Part shown: piece after piece, positions 23,276-38,388 of the stretch
How the letters are laid out: the number at the start of each line of letters is the position of its first letter
Numbering within the stretch: the stretch's first letter is position 1
From: Octopus sinensis
Lineage: Eukaryota
Reading direction: 5' to 3'
NCBI RefSeq assembly: GCF_006345805.1
Contig: NC_043006.1
Location: 7,998,001 to 8,062,000 of the forward strand
Length of the DNA stretch: 64,000 bases
Notes under the pieces: generated by a model
The model's input: the letters and a program-made list of their open reading frames with translations, nothing else
Told to the model about the DNA's origin: nothing
Databases searched by the model: none
Made by a program: the position numbers and the translations under genes

Positions 23276-25678
23276 TTATATATAAGTACAGTGATACCTC
23301 ACAGTTTGAGTTTAATTCGTTCCATGAGGTTGTCTTACGATTTACTCGTTTACAAATCAATTTTCTCCATTGAAATTAACTAAAATATAATTAATCCGTT
23401 CCAACCCACAAAAACCACTCAAAAATTATTTTTCTATGGATTTTAAAACAGAAAAGCTGTAGTTACAAGTAAATGACAATTATAAAAAAAAAGAGAATGC
23501 AAAAGAAATATGTAAACTGGTTTTTATTAACTGAATTACCTTAAACATGAAATGATTTGTGTGCTCGTACTGCGGATTTCCGCTCGAACTTCAAGACAAA
23601 ATTTCGAACGAATCTCGGATCGTACAGCAAATAACTCGTACAATGGGGCATTCGTGCTGCGAGGTTGTACTGTATATATTCGTATATATACATATAGATA
23701 CTTGCCCACTTTAAGGGGAAAGAAAGGTTGTTATAAATTTTGGATCTTTTCACTTTCGCTGTCTATTTTCAATCTCTTCAATTACTGCTCGAATTGATTT
23801 CATATTCGGTGTAATCATATGGTTTTTTATGCTAATCCCTGCTTTGAAATTCCTTTTCGCAAAAAAAAATGATAAATAAAGAGCTATTAGCTTTCAAAGT
23901 TGTCTATTTTTAATTTTGGATAATTTTAGCCAATCGTAAGCCACAGTCACATTCGTGCCTGTTTTCATAGTAACAAGCCAATCATAAGAACTCTTTTGTC
24001 TGCGAGAAATCACGTGTTAACATATATATTCCCGTCGTTGAGGTGGTTATCATTTGTGCAATAGAAAAAATAGCAGCCAAATAGGTCTTAAATCACGCAC
24101 ACAAAATCTTTTTGTTTTGTTTTTGGATAATCAGACGAATTCCCACGTGTAGAATTCGTATAAAGTTTCTGAAAAATCCCAAAACTGAAAAAATTATGAG
24201 GGGTAAATGGCATGCGTAAAGTAGAAATTTATTTGTTTACAGTTCGCAACACGTGCTGTCACGCACAAAATGACAGATTCCAAATCCTATTTTCAGACTT
24301 GGTAACAATGATCAAACTTCAAAGCTTTTTTTTTTTTTATTTCTGGAAAAATTGAAATATCTCCAGCAATTTAGCTTCGAAAACTACATTTACTGTACCA
24401 AATTTAAAAATTTTCAATCTTGGAATCTTGACAGCAAAACTGATCCTAAATATTAAGCTGGGACCACTTAACTATGTCAACTTTGTGATCCCTTTATATT
24501 TTCCTTTTTGATTGTGGGACTATGCGTACACGTGCGCGCGCTCGTGTATTTATGTTTACACTACAGGTTAGAAGTCAGTGTACGTTTGTACTCACGGGTG
24601 TATCAACGTGTATACTCACTGTGTAGCAATATGCTACCAACTTTGCCAGCGTCCACTATACATTATCTTTATCCATCTCAATATTCTTAACAAACATTTT
24701 CCCTTTAGAAACTACAACTTTTTACTCCTGCCTCTTTCAAGCAAATCCATCCCCAGTACTCATTTTAAAGCCAAGTACTTATTCTGCCAGTCTCTTAGGT
24801 GGAATTGGTGAGTTACGGGGACGTAAGCAAAGCAACACCAGTTGTCAGGAAGTGGTAATGGAAAAACTCAAATCAAAAGACACACAGACACAAATACTTG
24901 CGCACGCGCACATATGCACAGACACACACAAGAACCCCCCCCACATATATATGTATATACGTACGTATGTATGCATGTCACAGAATCTCCCAAAAGAAGG
25001 CACCAATATCTAAGCGTTATCTCAGCTTAAAAAGATTATTTGTGAAAAAAAGAGCCAATATCGATGTAAGTCATCTCTACGAACCATGAATCTAGAAGCA
25101 CCTTCCACTTTGATAAAATGAAAGACAACTCAGAATAACGAGTCTAAAATATAAACATTCCTAAACACGCATAACAAATATGTATTCCTCTCATCAGCTG
25201 CCCAACGGACATCACTATGGTTTCGACACCTGGACAGTACCATTCAATCCTGCGGTTTCAACTGTGTTAAAAACACTAACACTGCCTGTTAGTCAAGAGT
25301 AATCAGCAGGAGTGAAACACTAGCCTACTATATTCATTACACAAACACCTGCTTACTACTATTTGTAACTACATCAAAAGAAAACAACTAGTATATAGTT
25401 ACGACGGACTTCTTTCAGTTACAAATCCACTCACAGGGCTTTTATCGGCCGATTGCTATAGAACAAAACATTTGTCCAAGTTGCCATGCAATTAGATTGA
25501 ACCTAAAAGCGTGGGATTGGGTAGCAAGCTTCTTACTACAGAGTCATGCATATATATGCTTATATACACGTGTGTGTACATATATATACATATATATACA
25601 TATGTATGTGTGTGTGTGTGTGTACATATATATACATATATACATATATATATGTGTGTGTGTGTGTGTGTGCGTGTA

Positions 25679-26178
<500 letters not shown>

Positions 26179-27138
26179 TTTTCGATCACTTAAACAGAGA
26201 AATAGTCAAGTGAAGAAAGATGTCTATATTTATAGCATTTCATTAAGCAGCACTAGATATGTTTTTAAGAGAAAAAATATATTCATTGCAAGATGGAAAC
26301 GTCACAAAAGATACAATTTCATACAGCAGCTTGTTGCAATAAGAAAAAAAAAACGAGCTCGTTTTTTTATATAATTTAGAACATGCAGTTCTTTAAATAG
26401 TTTCTTGCGTCAATTGTCGAAATATTATATTTAGGATGAAAGAAAAGGAAGATAAGAGAATAGTCTCGATGTTCAATAGCAGTTAATGCATCCCTTGTGT
26501 AATTTCAAATTTAACCAGTGTCTTCTTTATTTTTTGTTATCTCTCTAAGATCGGTAAAATAGTGATATACGTAATAATGGATAACGACTCGATCACTTAC
26601 GATCCTACAAATCTTGGCAGAACACATATAAAGGAAATTCTTTTTATAATAATGACTGTGCTAGTTGCTAAGAATAAATCCTCTTCTAATAACTCTTGTG
26701 GATTTATAAACGAGAAATATAAGCGAACGAGTTAGATAACATTGAACATTTGTTCCCTTTAAGCTGTATGTAAAGCAACTTAAGTTCAGCTGCAAAACAG
26801 AACTCTCATTGGTGTAAACCGACTGCTGACTAGGGAGTTAGAAATATCTGGTTTGAGGTGAAATGTTAACAGAAATCAAGTTAATGCATTTTATTGACAT
26901 AAATCATTTTGAATGACGTCATTTCTAATTAACTAGGATGGATTTTAGAAAGGAAACAAACATAAATTGATAATTGCAATGCTCTAATGAAGCTGGAGAT
27001 GCAATATTTAGAAGGCACGAATCCATTTAAAGAGAAGCGAAAGTTATTGCATTCTTTCCTTTAGTCAACCAATAACACAAGTGATTGAAGGGCGTCGATT
27101 GATATCTAATTCGATTAATATGAAAGCTATATTGTATA

Positions 27139-27523
27139 CTAGCAGTATCGTCCGGCGTTGCTCGGGTTTGTTTCGACCCTTTGGAACTGGAATTTTTGAA
27201 AAGTAAAAATTGTGCATTATGTAGCTTGTTATTCTCTTTAAGTGAACATTTTTTCTGGTTGAAATGGCGACACAACAGTCAAAAAATCGTAAAAAATAGG
27301 GATTTTCATAGAAAAATAGGACCTTTTTGATGTAAATAATTGTTGGTGTTAACATGGTCCGATTTGAATTTTTTCTTGTACGGAAGGAAGAGCAAGTCTT
27401 TTTTTTTATCATACTCTTAATTTTGGTCAACTTGCGCCGCAGGGTCCCGGAGGAGATAATGTTAGTTGAAGGCTACCAAACCTGCCATGCACAGACAACT
27501 TCAGCTTTATATAGAGAGAGAGA
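27139..27523 (-). mobile_element. Non-autonomous Helitron
   Basis: Minus strand starts A|TC(TC)nTATATAAAG and ends acaaacccgagcaacgccggacgatactgCTAG|T, with the GC-rich subterminal hairpin. Confidence 0.82.
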
Positions 27524-29726
27524 TTACAGATACTGTAATGTGTATGTTTGTAAAAACAAATTCTAGTCGTAACACTTTTGTTTAATTTTGCAGGCATATC
27601 TATTTGAATGTGTGTAGGTGGGTGGGTGTTTGCGCGCGCGCGTTTCTTCCTCATTTATATGCCGTGCATGATGACTGCCAGAAACACAACCCTTTCCCAA
27701 TAAAGTTTCGGATGATACGAAAAGGATAGATTTGCAAAATATTCGCTTAGCTACTTCTATCTTACGAAACGATTTGAAAATCATAGTTTTGTTTACAAAG
27801 TGCCTCTTCACAAATTAAGATATTGTTCTGTTGAAAATTTGTCTAAATAAGGTGCTTAGATCATTATGTCCGATTTGCATTTTGGATCAAAAATCGTTTT
27901 ACCTTGTACGATATTACTTTGTCTAATTTCTACTGTTTTTGTGTAATTTAATAGCAGAGCATATAAACTTGACGTAACTCCCAGCCTTTTTAGATTTAGA
28001 CTAATATCTATCTGGAAAGATTTTAATTGTATCTGTATCTATCGGAAGAAAAATAATACATGGTTGATTACTTTGCTAACCAATTCGAATCCAATTAAAA
28101 GTTTAAATTGCTGTGAGGAAGATTTGAAACTCGTAACATAGTTAAATAAAATGTATGTTAAAATAGCCCCTAAGTGAGTAGTTATAGTTTTACAATATAT
28201 CCGACTGCTCCTAGATACAGTTTTGAAAATTTATCAAACATCAAAATTCTACTCCTAATTGCTGTTTATACGATCGTACACAACTTAGTATGATATACAT
28301 CTACTAAAAGAAAATTGACAATATTTTCACTTGAGAGACTCCACCTCGGCTAAATAATTAGTGTATGTTATCTAATTACGATCATTTCATTGAATATAAT
28401 TGTATATGAACCATATATATGTTTAAGGCAAACAGAAATCGTGACTATAAATTTGTTTTACGATGTTAGTTACAAACGGATATATCTATAAATTGTCATT
28501 AGTGCATAGGCAAGATTCCTTGTCCATAGCTTCTTATGCACAAACTCACACACACACACACACAAATATATATCTTTATATATACCAGTCTCCTATATTA
28601 TGTTTTTCTTCAGTTTAAGATGCTTCAATTAATCAATACGAGGACACATTAGATAGTGGGGTGCAGCCATATAATGAGTTGTATATAATAACACATTTAA
28701 CACTTAATTTGAAGTGTTCAAGTATAAAGTTAATGATTGATTACCCAATGCTTCTTATTTGTGAAAGAAAAGCAAATCATCAACAACGTAGTAATTAATT
28801 AATATCTACGAACTCTACTAGAGAAAAGAAATGGTGCACCACGAAGTTTTTAATTATACACAAACATCTAGAACGTAATTAATTTTGTTTTAACTTTGAT
28901 GAGTATATTTACATTTGTTAGTTCTTGACAAATTTGAGCTGAAATATATCGTTCGAGGTACTTTTTTAATTTTATTCTTTTTATTGCCTCTGATAAATCA
29001 ACAACTCTAACGTAAGATATTTTTATTAACAAACTTCAATATTTTCTTAACATATTCTAATTATCCTCTTCCATCAAGCTTTGAAACATGCTGATATATT
29101 TCCTAAAATGTTTATATGAAGTATTTCCTTATATAGTAGTATATATTTATATATATATATATATACATATATGGATATATTTTCTTCTGTACATATGCAT
29201 AAACATCTTTTAAGATATTTATAATTTAATTCCAGTTCTAAACTTGTTTTTTTTTTTAGCTACAAATTAATGTTAAGAGATATTTCACCTAACAATACAA
29301 ATTATCAAAACGACCATTGATAAACATACTTATATTTAGGTAACGAGCCCCAAACCAGGTTTGTGTCCTCTTTTCGGAATATTGTCACAAAGGGATCTAA
29401 TGTTTTTATACTAATCTTATCGTTTGAACAGCTGAACAATAAAAACAGTCAGTGGAGATAGTTGTGTGTGACTGACATGTAAACTTTTATGACGTAGAAA
29501 CTTCCTACGTGTGAATTTTCATTACCTTTAGTTGACAATTTTTATGATGTTAATGCTGATTGTTAACTGTGAATTATGACCTACACAACCTGATATTTTT
29601 CCCTACATACCTCCTGATCTTTCAAATATGATGTAACATATTTGTTACTCAGAGACTATGTATCTCAAGTCCGTTTTGGTTTTTTCTGAATATTGTTTCC
29701 TTACTACCAGAAAAAATCAGTTATAC

Positions 29727-30095
29727 AGAGTTCAAATTCCGCCGCGGTCGACTTTGCCTTTTATCCTATCGGGGTCGATAAATTAAGTACCAGTTACGCA
29801 CTGGAGTCGATGTAATCGACTTGATCCGTTTGTCTGTCCTTGTTTGTCCTCTCTGTGTTTAGCCACTTGTAGGTAGTAAAGAAATAGGTATTTCGCCGGG
29901 TGAAATGATTTGCGGTATTTCTCTGCCGCTACGTTCTGAGTTCAAATTCCGCCGCGGTCGACTTTGCCTTTCCTGCTTTCGGGATGGATTAAATAAGTAC
30001 CAGTTACGCACTGAGGTCGATGTAATCGACTTAATCCGTTTGTCTGTCCTTGTTTGTCCCCTCTGTGTTTAGCCCCTTGTGGGTAGTAAAGAAAT
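29727..30095 (+). mobile_element. Two tandem family A SINE bodies
   Basis: Junction gaaata|ggtatttcg at 29886/29887. Confidence 0.9.
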
Positions 30096-31261
30096 GGGTA
30101 AGCTCACTTAGAGCTGCTATTGATGCTAAACAACGACTTGACTTTGTACTTACACTTATAATCAGTTGTCTTCACATTAGTTTGGATGTATTTTTATTTA
30201 GCTGTCTGATTTTTTTAGAAAAGAAACCAAGTAGCAACAAACAGTTTATATAGAATTTTAAAGATTAATATTTTAAAGACGTATATGGGAATTTCTGTTC
30301 TTTCAGATACGTATATTTTGATTTCGAAAATCAAACACAGTCAAGAAAGCTTATTGAAGAATGTAAAGTTTATAAGAAAATTAGAATTTAGAAAGTAGTT
30401 ACAAGCATTGAAGATGACATACCTTTGGGGAAAGTGAAATTATAAAGGAAATAATAGCATCTTAGAAAAAACAGTTATTTCAGAAATTCTTTTAATTATA
30501 AAAGAAATAATTCAAACCTACAGGATGCACACATAGTATCTTCCTTCTCAAACTGATTTTCAGGCAATATATACACGTGAGATTTTAGACTCCTTACAGC
30601 GAAGAAAATTAAATATTGCTACAGTTGTTAAGAAGTCTAATGCAGAGTAATTCATTCGGTAACCTTTTGAAAACGACTGTAGTTCAGATCACGACTATAC
30701 AGCTCGCTTTTTGATATTTTCTGGAGATTGTTTTGGCAGAATTATACATAATGTTTTTATTCTAATTTCTACTTGTGTGAGGTACTTGCCTAAGGCGTTT
30801 CAATGATAACTAATATTATAAAGTCTGGAATGATTTTAAACAAATTTATTAGTCAATATAACATTTTTATAGAGAAATCTTTAAAATTGTAAATATTACG
30901 TTTTATCAATATTATTATTATTTACAGAGAAAAGCATTTCATCTTAATGAATTTTATTTAGGGAAAGGCATTTATCTGGTGCCGTTTCTGCTATCCTTGT
31001 AATTAAGATTGCAGAATCGGTATCATATACATGCCTTTCTGTATTTAATTCCGCCCTGCAACGTTCTGAGTGCCATCGTAGTCAACTTTGCTTTTCTGTT
31101 CATTTGACTTCATTCATCACATTGGAGTCATCTTTATCGCTCTCATCTCTCTGAAAACGATCAATACATGACAATCAAACGGTAGCATCGATTAAATCAA
31201 GCTAAACTGTCCCCAAAATATTTGTGTCTTCGTGCTAATTTTAGAAATTATACAATTATTA

Positions 31262-31960
31262 AAGGCGGTGAGCTGGCAGAAACGTTAGCACACCGGGCGA
31301 AATGCTTAGCAGTATTTCGTCTGCCGCTACGTTCTGAGTTAAATTCCGCTGAGGTCGACTTTGCCTTTCATCCTTTCGATGTTGATAAATTAAGTACCAG
31401 TAACGCACTGGGGTCGCGATAATCGACTTAATCCGTTTGTCTGTCCTTGTTTGTCCCCTCCCTCTGTGTTTAGCCCCTTGTGGGTAGTAAAGAAATAGGT
31501 ATTTCGTCTGCCGTTACAAAAAGGTGGCGAGCTGGCAGAAATGTTAGCACGCAGGGCGAAATGCTTAGATATTTTTTCGTCTCTCTTCATGTTCTGAGTT
31601 CAAATTCCGCCGAGATCGACTTTGCCTTTCATCCTCTCGGGGTCGATAAATTAAGTAGCAGTTATGCACTGGGTTCGATGTAATCGACTTAATCCCTTTG
31701 TGCGTCCTTGATTGTCCCCTCTATGTTTAGCGTCTGGTGGGCAATAAAGAAATCAGAAACGTTATCGTGCAGGACAAAATGCTGAGCAGAATTTCTTCCG
31801 GCTGTTTAAGTTCTGAGTTCGTATGCCGTCGAGGTCAACTTTGCCTTTCATCCTTTCGAGGTTGATAATGTAAGTACGTATTGAACACTGGCGTCGATAT
31901 AATCGATTTACTTCCCCTCCCCTCAAAAACTGTTACTCATATGCCAAAATTAGAAAGAAT
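31262..31960 (+). mobile_element. Cluster of three family A/F SINEs in tandem
   Basis: Heads at about 31262 and 31521; a diverged third copy from about 31756. Confidence 0.88.
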
Positions 31961-32174
31961 TATTTTACAATGATTAATCGACAACGACTGACGTGAATGG
32001 TATTAGAAATAAAAGTGAAACAGTTCCCAGTAGAAATCGAAACTAGATCACTACGTCACCTTGCAAGGATTTCTTTGACCATAGAAATTGTTCTTTATAT
32101 AATTTGCATAACAGATTAAAGCATGTTTGAACAGGTATTTTCTAAATAAATACGTTATATTTATTTCTGTTTGG

Positions 32175-32345
32175 TATTGCGTCTGTCGTTACGTTCTGAT
32201 TTCAAATTCCGCCGAGGTCGATTTTGCCTTTCATCCTTTCGGGGTCGATAAATAAAGTACCAGTTTCGCATTGGGGTCGATCTTAATCCCTTTGTCTGTC
32301 CTTATTTGTCCCCTCTATGTTTAGCCCCTTGTGGGCAGTAAATAA
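32175..32345 (+). mobile_element. Family A SINE body
   Basis: Matches the family A body and tail. Confidence 0.88.
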
Positions 32346-32372
32346 ATATATATTTATTTCTGTTTGACTCAT

Positions 32373-32417
<45 letters not shown>

Positions 32418-32541
32418 GATTTTAACTTTATTTTTAAATGCAATATTTCCGTAAAATCTTGAGTCAATAGACATATGGGGATTTTTTAGTATCGGGATGC
32501 GACGAAAGAATGTGGCTGTGTGGTAAGAAGTTTACTTCCCT

Positions 32542-32865
32542 GCGCATGCGTCACCAAGAATGCATTTGGTTTGTCGTTTGTGTCGGACGTTGGGTTTTGC
32601 TGCTGCTTCGAGGATAGAGACAATGTACTCAGACATTAGCGGATATGAGTTGTCTTCAGCAGAGGAGGAGCTCGTAAGTGCGGTGGACAAAAATGCATAA
32701 AATATCGGGGGAAAAAACAAGGAGTTTTGCTGAGGCTGAGGAGTTTAAGAGAAGGGAAGTGGACCTGGTTAGTTTGAAGGTGTATGGCAAGATGATGCAG
32801 AAGGTGGGCGGTGACGGTGGTGCTCCATAATTTTCCGTAGATATTCTTTCTCTGATGAAGATCTT
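32542..32865 (+). mobile_element. 5' end (UTR and ORF1 start) of a retroelement, homologous to 58880-59890
   Basis: Shares gcgcatgcgtca and gtcggacgt; MYSDISGYELSSAEEELVSAV...FAEAEEFKRREVDL aligns with MYSDLDGSELQSTSELVKAV...FAESTEVKRRELDL. Confidence 0.7.
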
Positions 32866-33809
32866 AGAAGACTAAAAACTAGTCAGTTCGATTCCACTTT
32901 ACCTGTTTGCGGGAAATAAAAACTCTTGGTGTAACTACGTCGTTTATTTTCCACAGTGAAACCAAAGTTGTATGTTTATTCAAAATGGTATACCTTACAT
33001 TACATCACAAATTAGATTCAATTTGTCTGGCAAATAGAATAGTCACAGGGGTAACGCCTTTGATCATAGGTCTACTTGACGACGACCGGGACTACACAAC
33101 AACACTTTGGAAATTGAATATACATAAGGCTGCGTTAACAAAATGTTTGAACACAATTTTGAAAAGTAAGATGTAAGACCGAAGAATGTAATATAACGAT
33201 TAACAGAAGATCACAGGTGTTTTGTGTTAGTAGAGAGCAATGACTGTGATATCTTGCTATCAACTTTTATATTCCCACAAGGCAATAGTCAGTGACTTCA
33301 TGATTACACCCGTCCAACTAAATAATACATTATTATGTTATGTGTTCTTTGATAGTTGACCTCAGTTTAGCTGCTTAACCACAATTCACATTAATATTGA
33401 TCTCTGACCTCACAGCAGAAGTCAACTACTTTCTTGAGATAATTGTTATAGCTTTCTTTTCCAGCACAAAACTCGATTACTTTACTTCTCTTTCCGTCAT
33501 TATAATCCATTCAACCACTTTTGCAGTATTATCATATTATATGAAGTGGTTAGCATTATACAATGAGCGGTAAATAAGTAGAAATATGTGATGAGGTTTC
33601 AAATCCTAGTGGAAGAAAGGAAGCTTACTTCATTAAGTTTAGAAAATGCATGAATGCTGCAAACACCCATTTTTCAGTTCCCACCGAAGGACCAAAGAAT
33701 GGTAGTCAATTAATGAATATCTCTGATCACGTAAATGATTATTTATTTCGCTTATGTATATGACTACTGTGTATCATAAATGTGTGTATGTATGTGTGTA
33801 TAGGTGTGC

Positions 33810-33856
<47 letters not shown>

Positions 33857-35034
33857 ATAGTGTATATGAATGCAGCATACCTTAAATGACTACACACTCA
33901 CACATGTATTCATGTATGTATATATGTATGTGTATGTATGTATGAAGGTACGTATCAATGTATGTATGTATGTACGTCCGTATCAATGTATGTATGTATG
34001 TATGTATGTATGTATGCATGCATATACTGAAACTATCGTTGTGTACTATATGTCATAAACGAATATATATAAATATGCTTTTTGACTTTCATCTGAAACG
34101 TGTAAAGAAATAGGAATATCAAGGTTGAATATTGTCGTGATTATAGATTAAGCTAAATTTATGACACTTCTTTCCAGAAACTGCCTCCTTTGATATCTAT
34201 TTATCCTAAGGTGTTCCTCTAGCTTATATTTACACCTTCCACTTCTATTAAGGTTCTGTAATAGATTTTCTTAACTTAATATGTCATTCAATATCTTTTT
34301 TCACTTCGAACAAGATCCTCCATCTTTACGTTTGTCTCTCACACTTCGTAACAATTTTTATCCTTTTATATTCACTATGTATCAATCTTTACTCATTGAT
34401 ATTCACTGTTTATCACAATCTTCGGTCATGTATATTCATATTCTTTCACAAATTGTTCTCGCCTACGTTTACTGTTGCCTGCTACCGTCCATATCCAACG
34501 ATAAACTATATTTCTACTTTAACTCGATGCAACAATTTATTCGTTAAAATTCTACAAGAATGTTTCTTTTTTCTTCCATTCTGTCGCTTTGTTCATGTCT
34601 GCTCCCAACACGATTATTTAGAATTAATCTTGGAGACTATTTATTAGATATTCTTGGGATCATTTCAAATGCAGCCTCAACTTAGTGGTAATATCCTACG
34701 CACAAGACACATAGATTAGCATAGAGAAGAAGCCATGTTGCAATGTGACTATCATACTAATGAGAGTAAAACAGACCAAGGCGAGCAATCAATAATATAA
34801 ATACAAAAGAAATCGGAAAGTAATTCATTGTAGATATATCTATATTACACACAACACACACACATATATATATATACATATACATATATGTATATATGTA
34901 TATATATATATATATACATATATATGTCTATATACATGTATGTATATATACATATATACATATGCGTGTATGTATATATACACATATATGTGCATATATT
35001 AATATATGTATATGAATATATATGTATACGTATA

Positions 35035-35075
<41 letters not shown>

Positions 35076-35158
35076 GTATGCTTATATATATATATATATA
35101 TGTATGTATATATACGTATGCTTATATATATATATATATGTATGTATATATACGTATG

Positions 35159-35207
<49 letters not shown>

Positions 35208-35287
35208 GTATGCTTATATATATTATATATATATATATATGTATGTATATATACGTATGCTTATATATATATATATATATATATGCT

Positions 35288-35590
35288 GAGACCTCTTTCG
35301 GTCATGACTGACCATGGGATTGCACCTAGAAAGTTTCCCTCCCAGGCACAAGTCCGAGCAAGGTTGTTTATGGAAGACCTGCAGTCGACCATGCATACCA
35401 TGTTATCCAAGGGAAATGCAAGGGCCGATACAGTTTGGAACCTGTGATGTCGCAACTCATTTCTACAGCTGTGTGAACTGGAGCAATGTGAAATAAAGTG
35501 TCTTGCACAAAGCCCAGCCCGGTCCGGGATTCGATCTCACAACCTCAGATCGTAAGCTCGACGCTCTAACCACAGAGCCATACGCCTTCA
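35288..35590 (-). mobile_element. tRNA-SINE with D-type head/core and another tail (duplicate at 37077-37379)
   Basis: Head gtgaaggcgtatggctctgtggttagagc, core actttatttcacattgctccagttcac, unrelated 3' part. Confidence 0.85.
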
Positions 35591-35597
35591 CTATATC

Positions 35598-35655
<58 letters not shown>

Positions 35656-35684
35656 CACATATGTATGTGTGGTGTATATATATT

Positions 35685-35737
<53 letters not shown>

Positions 35738-35764
35738 GTATGTGTGGTGTATATATATTTATGT

Positions 35765-35817
<53 letters not shown>

Positions 35818-35820
35818 TAT

Positions 35821-36595
35821 ATATGTAAAAAAATACAACTGGGACAAGAACGCAAAACATTTAGAAGACGATACAAAAACAGGACGGGACATTCGGAGCC
35901 TTCAATCTTCAGTCAAGAACCGCATTATCCTCGTAATTTCGGCTGATTAATCCTGAGATTACTCTGATCTGGCCAGCACCAAAAGAAAATCTAAGATTCC
36001 TTGGAAGAAAGCATCGAAAGTATACAAAACAAGGACGGAAAAACAGACGATGTTACACGAATAAGAATACGAAAATACGTAAAAACAATAATGATAATAA
36101 TAATAACAAAAACAGGACGTTACTGACAGGCGTCTTTCGACAGGACGAGTAAACTTTGAGCTGGCCTGTTAGAAAAATGCCTTAGGGCAGAGAGAGAAAA
36201 AAATGTGTCTTGCCGTGACGACTGTTAAGCACGAAAGGCCGGCAATTGGTCAGTCCTTCACATAAAAGGAGAAGAAAGAGGAAAAGAGGGACAGATGAGA
36301 AAAAAGGGGAACAAGGAACAAAGGAGGAGGAGAAGAGAGAGAGAGAGAAAGAGACAGATCAAAGTGGAGTGCAAAGTGTGAAATGTAGGAGAGGGGGTAG
36401 AGAGACACTGTTATAGAGTCGTACCAAGTTTAAAGAAATATGTATTTACATATAAGACCAAAAGGGTACGGGCGCCGCTATATATAGATGTATATGTAAA
36501 AAAATACAAACTGGACAAGAACGCAAAACATTTAGAAGACGATACAAAAAACACGGACGGGACATTCGAAGCCTTCAATCTTCAGTCAAGAACCG
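35821..36595. mobile_element. Direct-repeat-bounded, (TA)n-anchored element, probably PLE-related (duplicate at ~37512-38286)
   Basis: ~102-bp direct repeats at 35821-35922 and 36492-36595; the same first ~20 nt start the repeat at 19441. Confidence 0.55.
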
Positions 36596-36653
36596 GATAT
36601 TTTCTACAATATACACAAAGCCTGAAATTGGTATATATATATACCAAATTTGG

Positions 36654-36711
<58 letters not shown>

Positions 36712-36823
36712 TATGTCTATATACATGTATGTATATATACATATATACATATGCGTGTATGTATATATACACATATATGTGCATATATTAATATATGTAT
36801 ATGAATATATATGTATACGTATA

Positions 36824-36864
<41 letters not shown>

Positions 36865-36947
36865 GTATGCTTATATATATATATATATATGTATGTATAT
36901 ATACGTATGCTTATATATATATATATATGTATGTATATATACGTATG

Positions 36948-36996
<49 letters not shown>

Positions 36997-37392
36997 GTAT
37001 GCTTATATATATTATATATATATATATATGTATGTATATATACGTATGCTTATATATATATATATATATATATGCTGAGACCTCTTTCGGTCATGACTGA
37101 CCATGGGATTGCACCTAGAAAGTTTCCCTCCCAGGCACAAGTCCGAGCAAGGTTGTTTATGGAAGACCTGCAGTCGACCATGCATACCAGGTTATCCAAG
37201 GGAAATGCAAGGGCCGATACAGTTTGGAACCTGTGATGTCGCAACTCATTTCTACAGCTGAGTGAACTGGAGCAATGTGAAATAAAGTGTCTTGCACAAA
37301 GCCCAGCCCGGTCCGGGATTCGATCTCACAACCTCAGATCGTAAGCTCGACGCTCTAACCACAGAGCCATACGCCTTCACTATATCTACACA

Positions 37393-37442
<50 letters not shown>

Positions 37443-37464
37443 GTATGTGTGGTGTATATATATT

Positions 37465-37516
<52 letters not shown>

Positions 37517-38352
37517 AAAAAATACAAACTGGACAAGAACGCAAAACATTTAGAAGACGATACAAAAAACACGACGGGACATTCGGAGCCTTCAATCTTC
37601 AGTCAAGAACCGCATTATCCTCGTAATTTCGGCTGATTAATCCTGAGATTACTCTGATCTGGCCAGCACCAAAAGAAAATCTAAGATTCCTTGGAAGAAA
37701 GCATCGAAAGTATACAAAACAAGGACGGAAAAACAGACGATGTTACACGAATAAGAATACGAAAATACGTAAAAACAATAATGATAATAATAATAACAAA
37801 AACAGGACGTTACTGACAGGCGTCTTTCGACAGGACGAGTAAACTTTGAGCTGGCCTGTTAGAAAAATGCCTTAGGGCAGAGAGAGAAAAAAATGTGTCT
37901 TGCCGTGACGACTGCTAAGCACGAAAGGCCGGCAATTGGTCAGTCCTTCACGTAAAAGGAGAAGAAAGAGGAAAAGAGGGACAGATGAGAAAAAAGAGGA
38001 ACAAGGAACAAAGGAGGAGGAGAAGAGAGAGAGAGAGAAAGAGACAGATCAAAGTGGAGTGCAAAGTGTGAAATGTAGGAGAGGGGGTAGAGAGACACTG
38101 TTATAGAGTCGTACCAAGTTTAAAGAAATATGTATTTACATATAAGACCAAAAGGGTACGGGCGCCGCTATATATAGATGTATATGTAAAAAAATACAAA
38201 CTGGACAAGAACGCAAAACATTTAGAAGACGATACAAAAAAACACGGACGGGACATTCGAAGCCTTCAATCTTCAGTCAAGAACCGGATATTTTCTACAA
38301 TATACACAAAGCCTGAAATTTGGTATATATATATACCAAATTTGGTATGTAT

Positions 38353-38388
<36 letters not shown>

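Larger units (their letters stand above)
34900..38380. repeat. Near-identical tandem duplication, two units of ~1.79 and ~1.69 kb
   Basis: Offset 1789 in the first part (atgctgagacc at 35283 and 37072) and 1690 after the second TA tract (aacaggacgt at 36111 and 37801). Confidence 0.95.

Noticed and set aside
23711-24471. Possible TTAA-flanked (Kolobok/piggyBac-like) non-autonomous DNA transposon
   Set aside because: Composition is suggestive, but the termini do not form a convincing inverted repeat.
32934-32968. Plus-strand 13-nt microexon (ttattttccacag-TGAAACCAAAGTT-gtatgt)
   Set aside because: Weak exonic donor context, isolated, and expected by chance in 64 kb.
35880-35925. CTGAAGA...CGAATGTC on the minus strand as a hammerhead
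   Set aside because: GAAU instead of GAAA, no closable stem II and no stem I complementarity.
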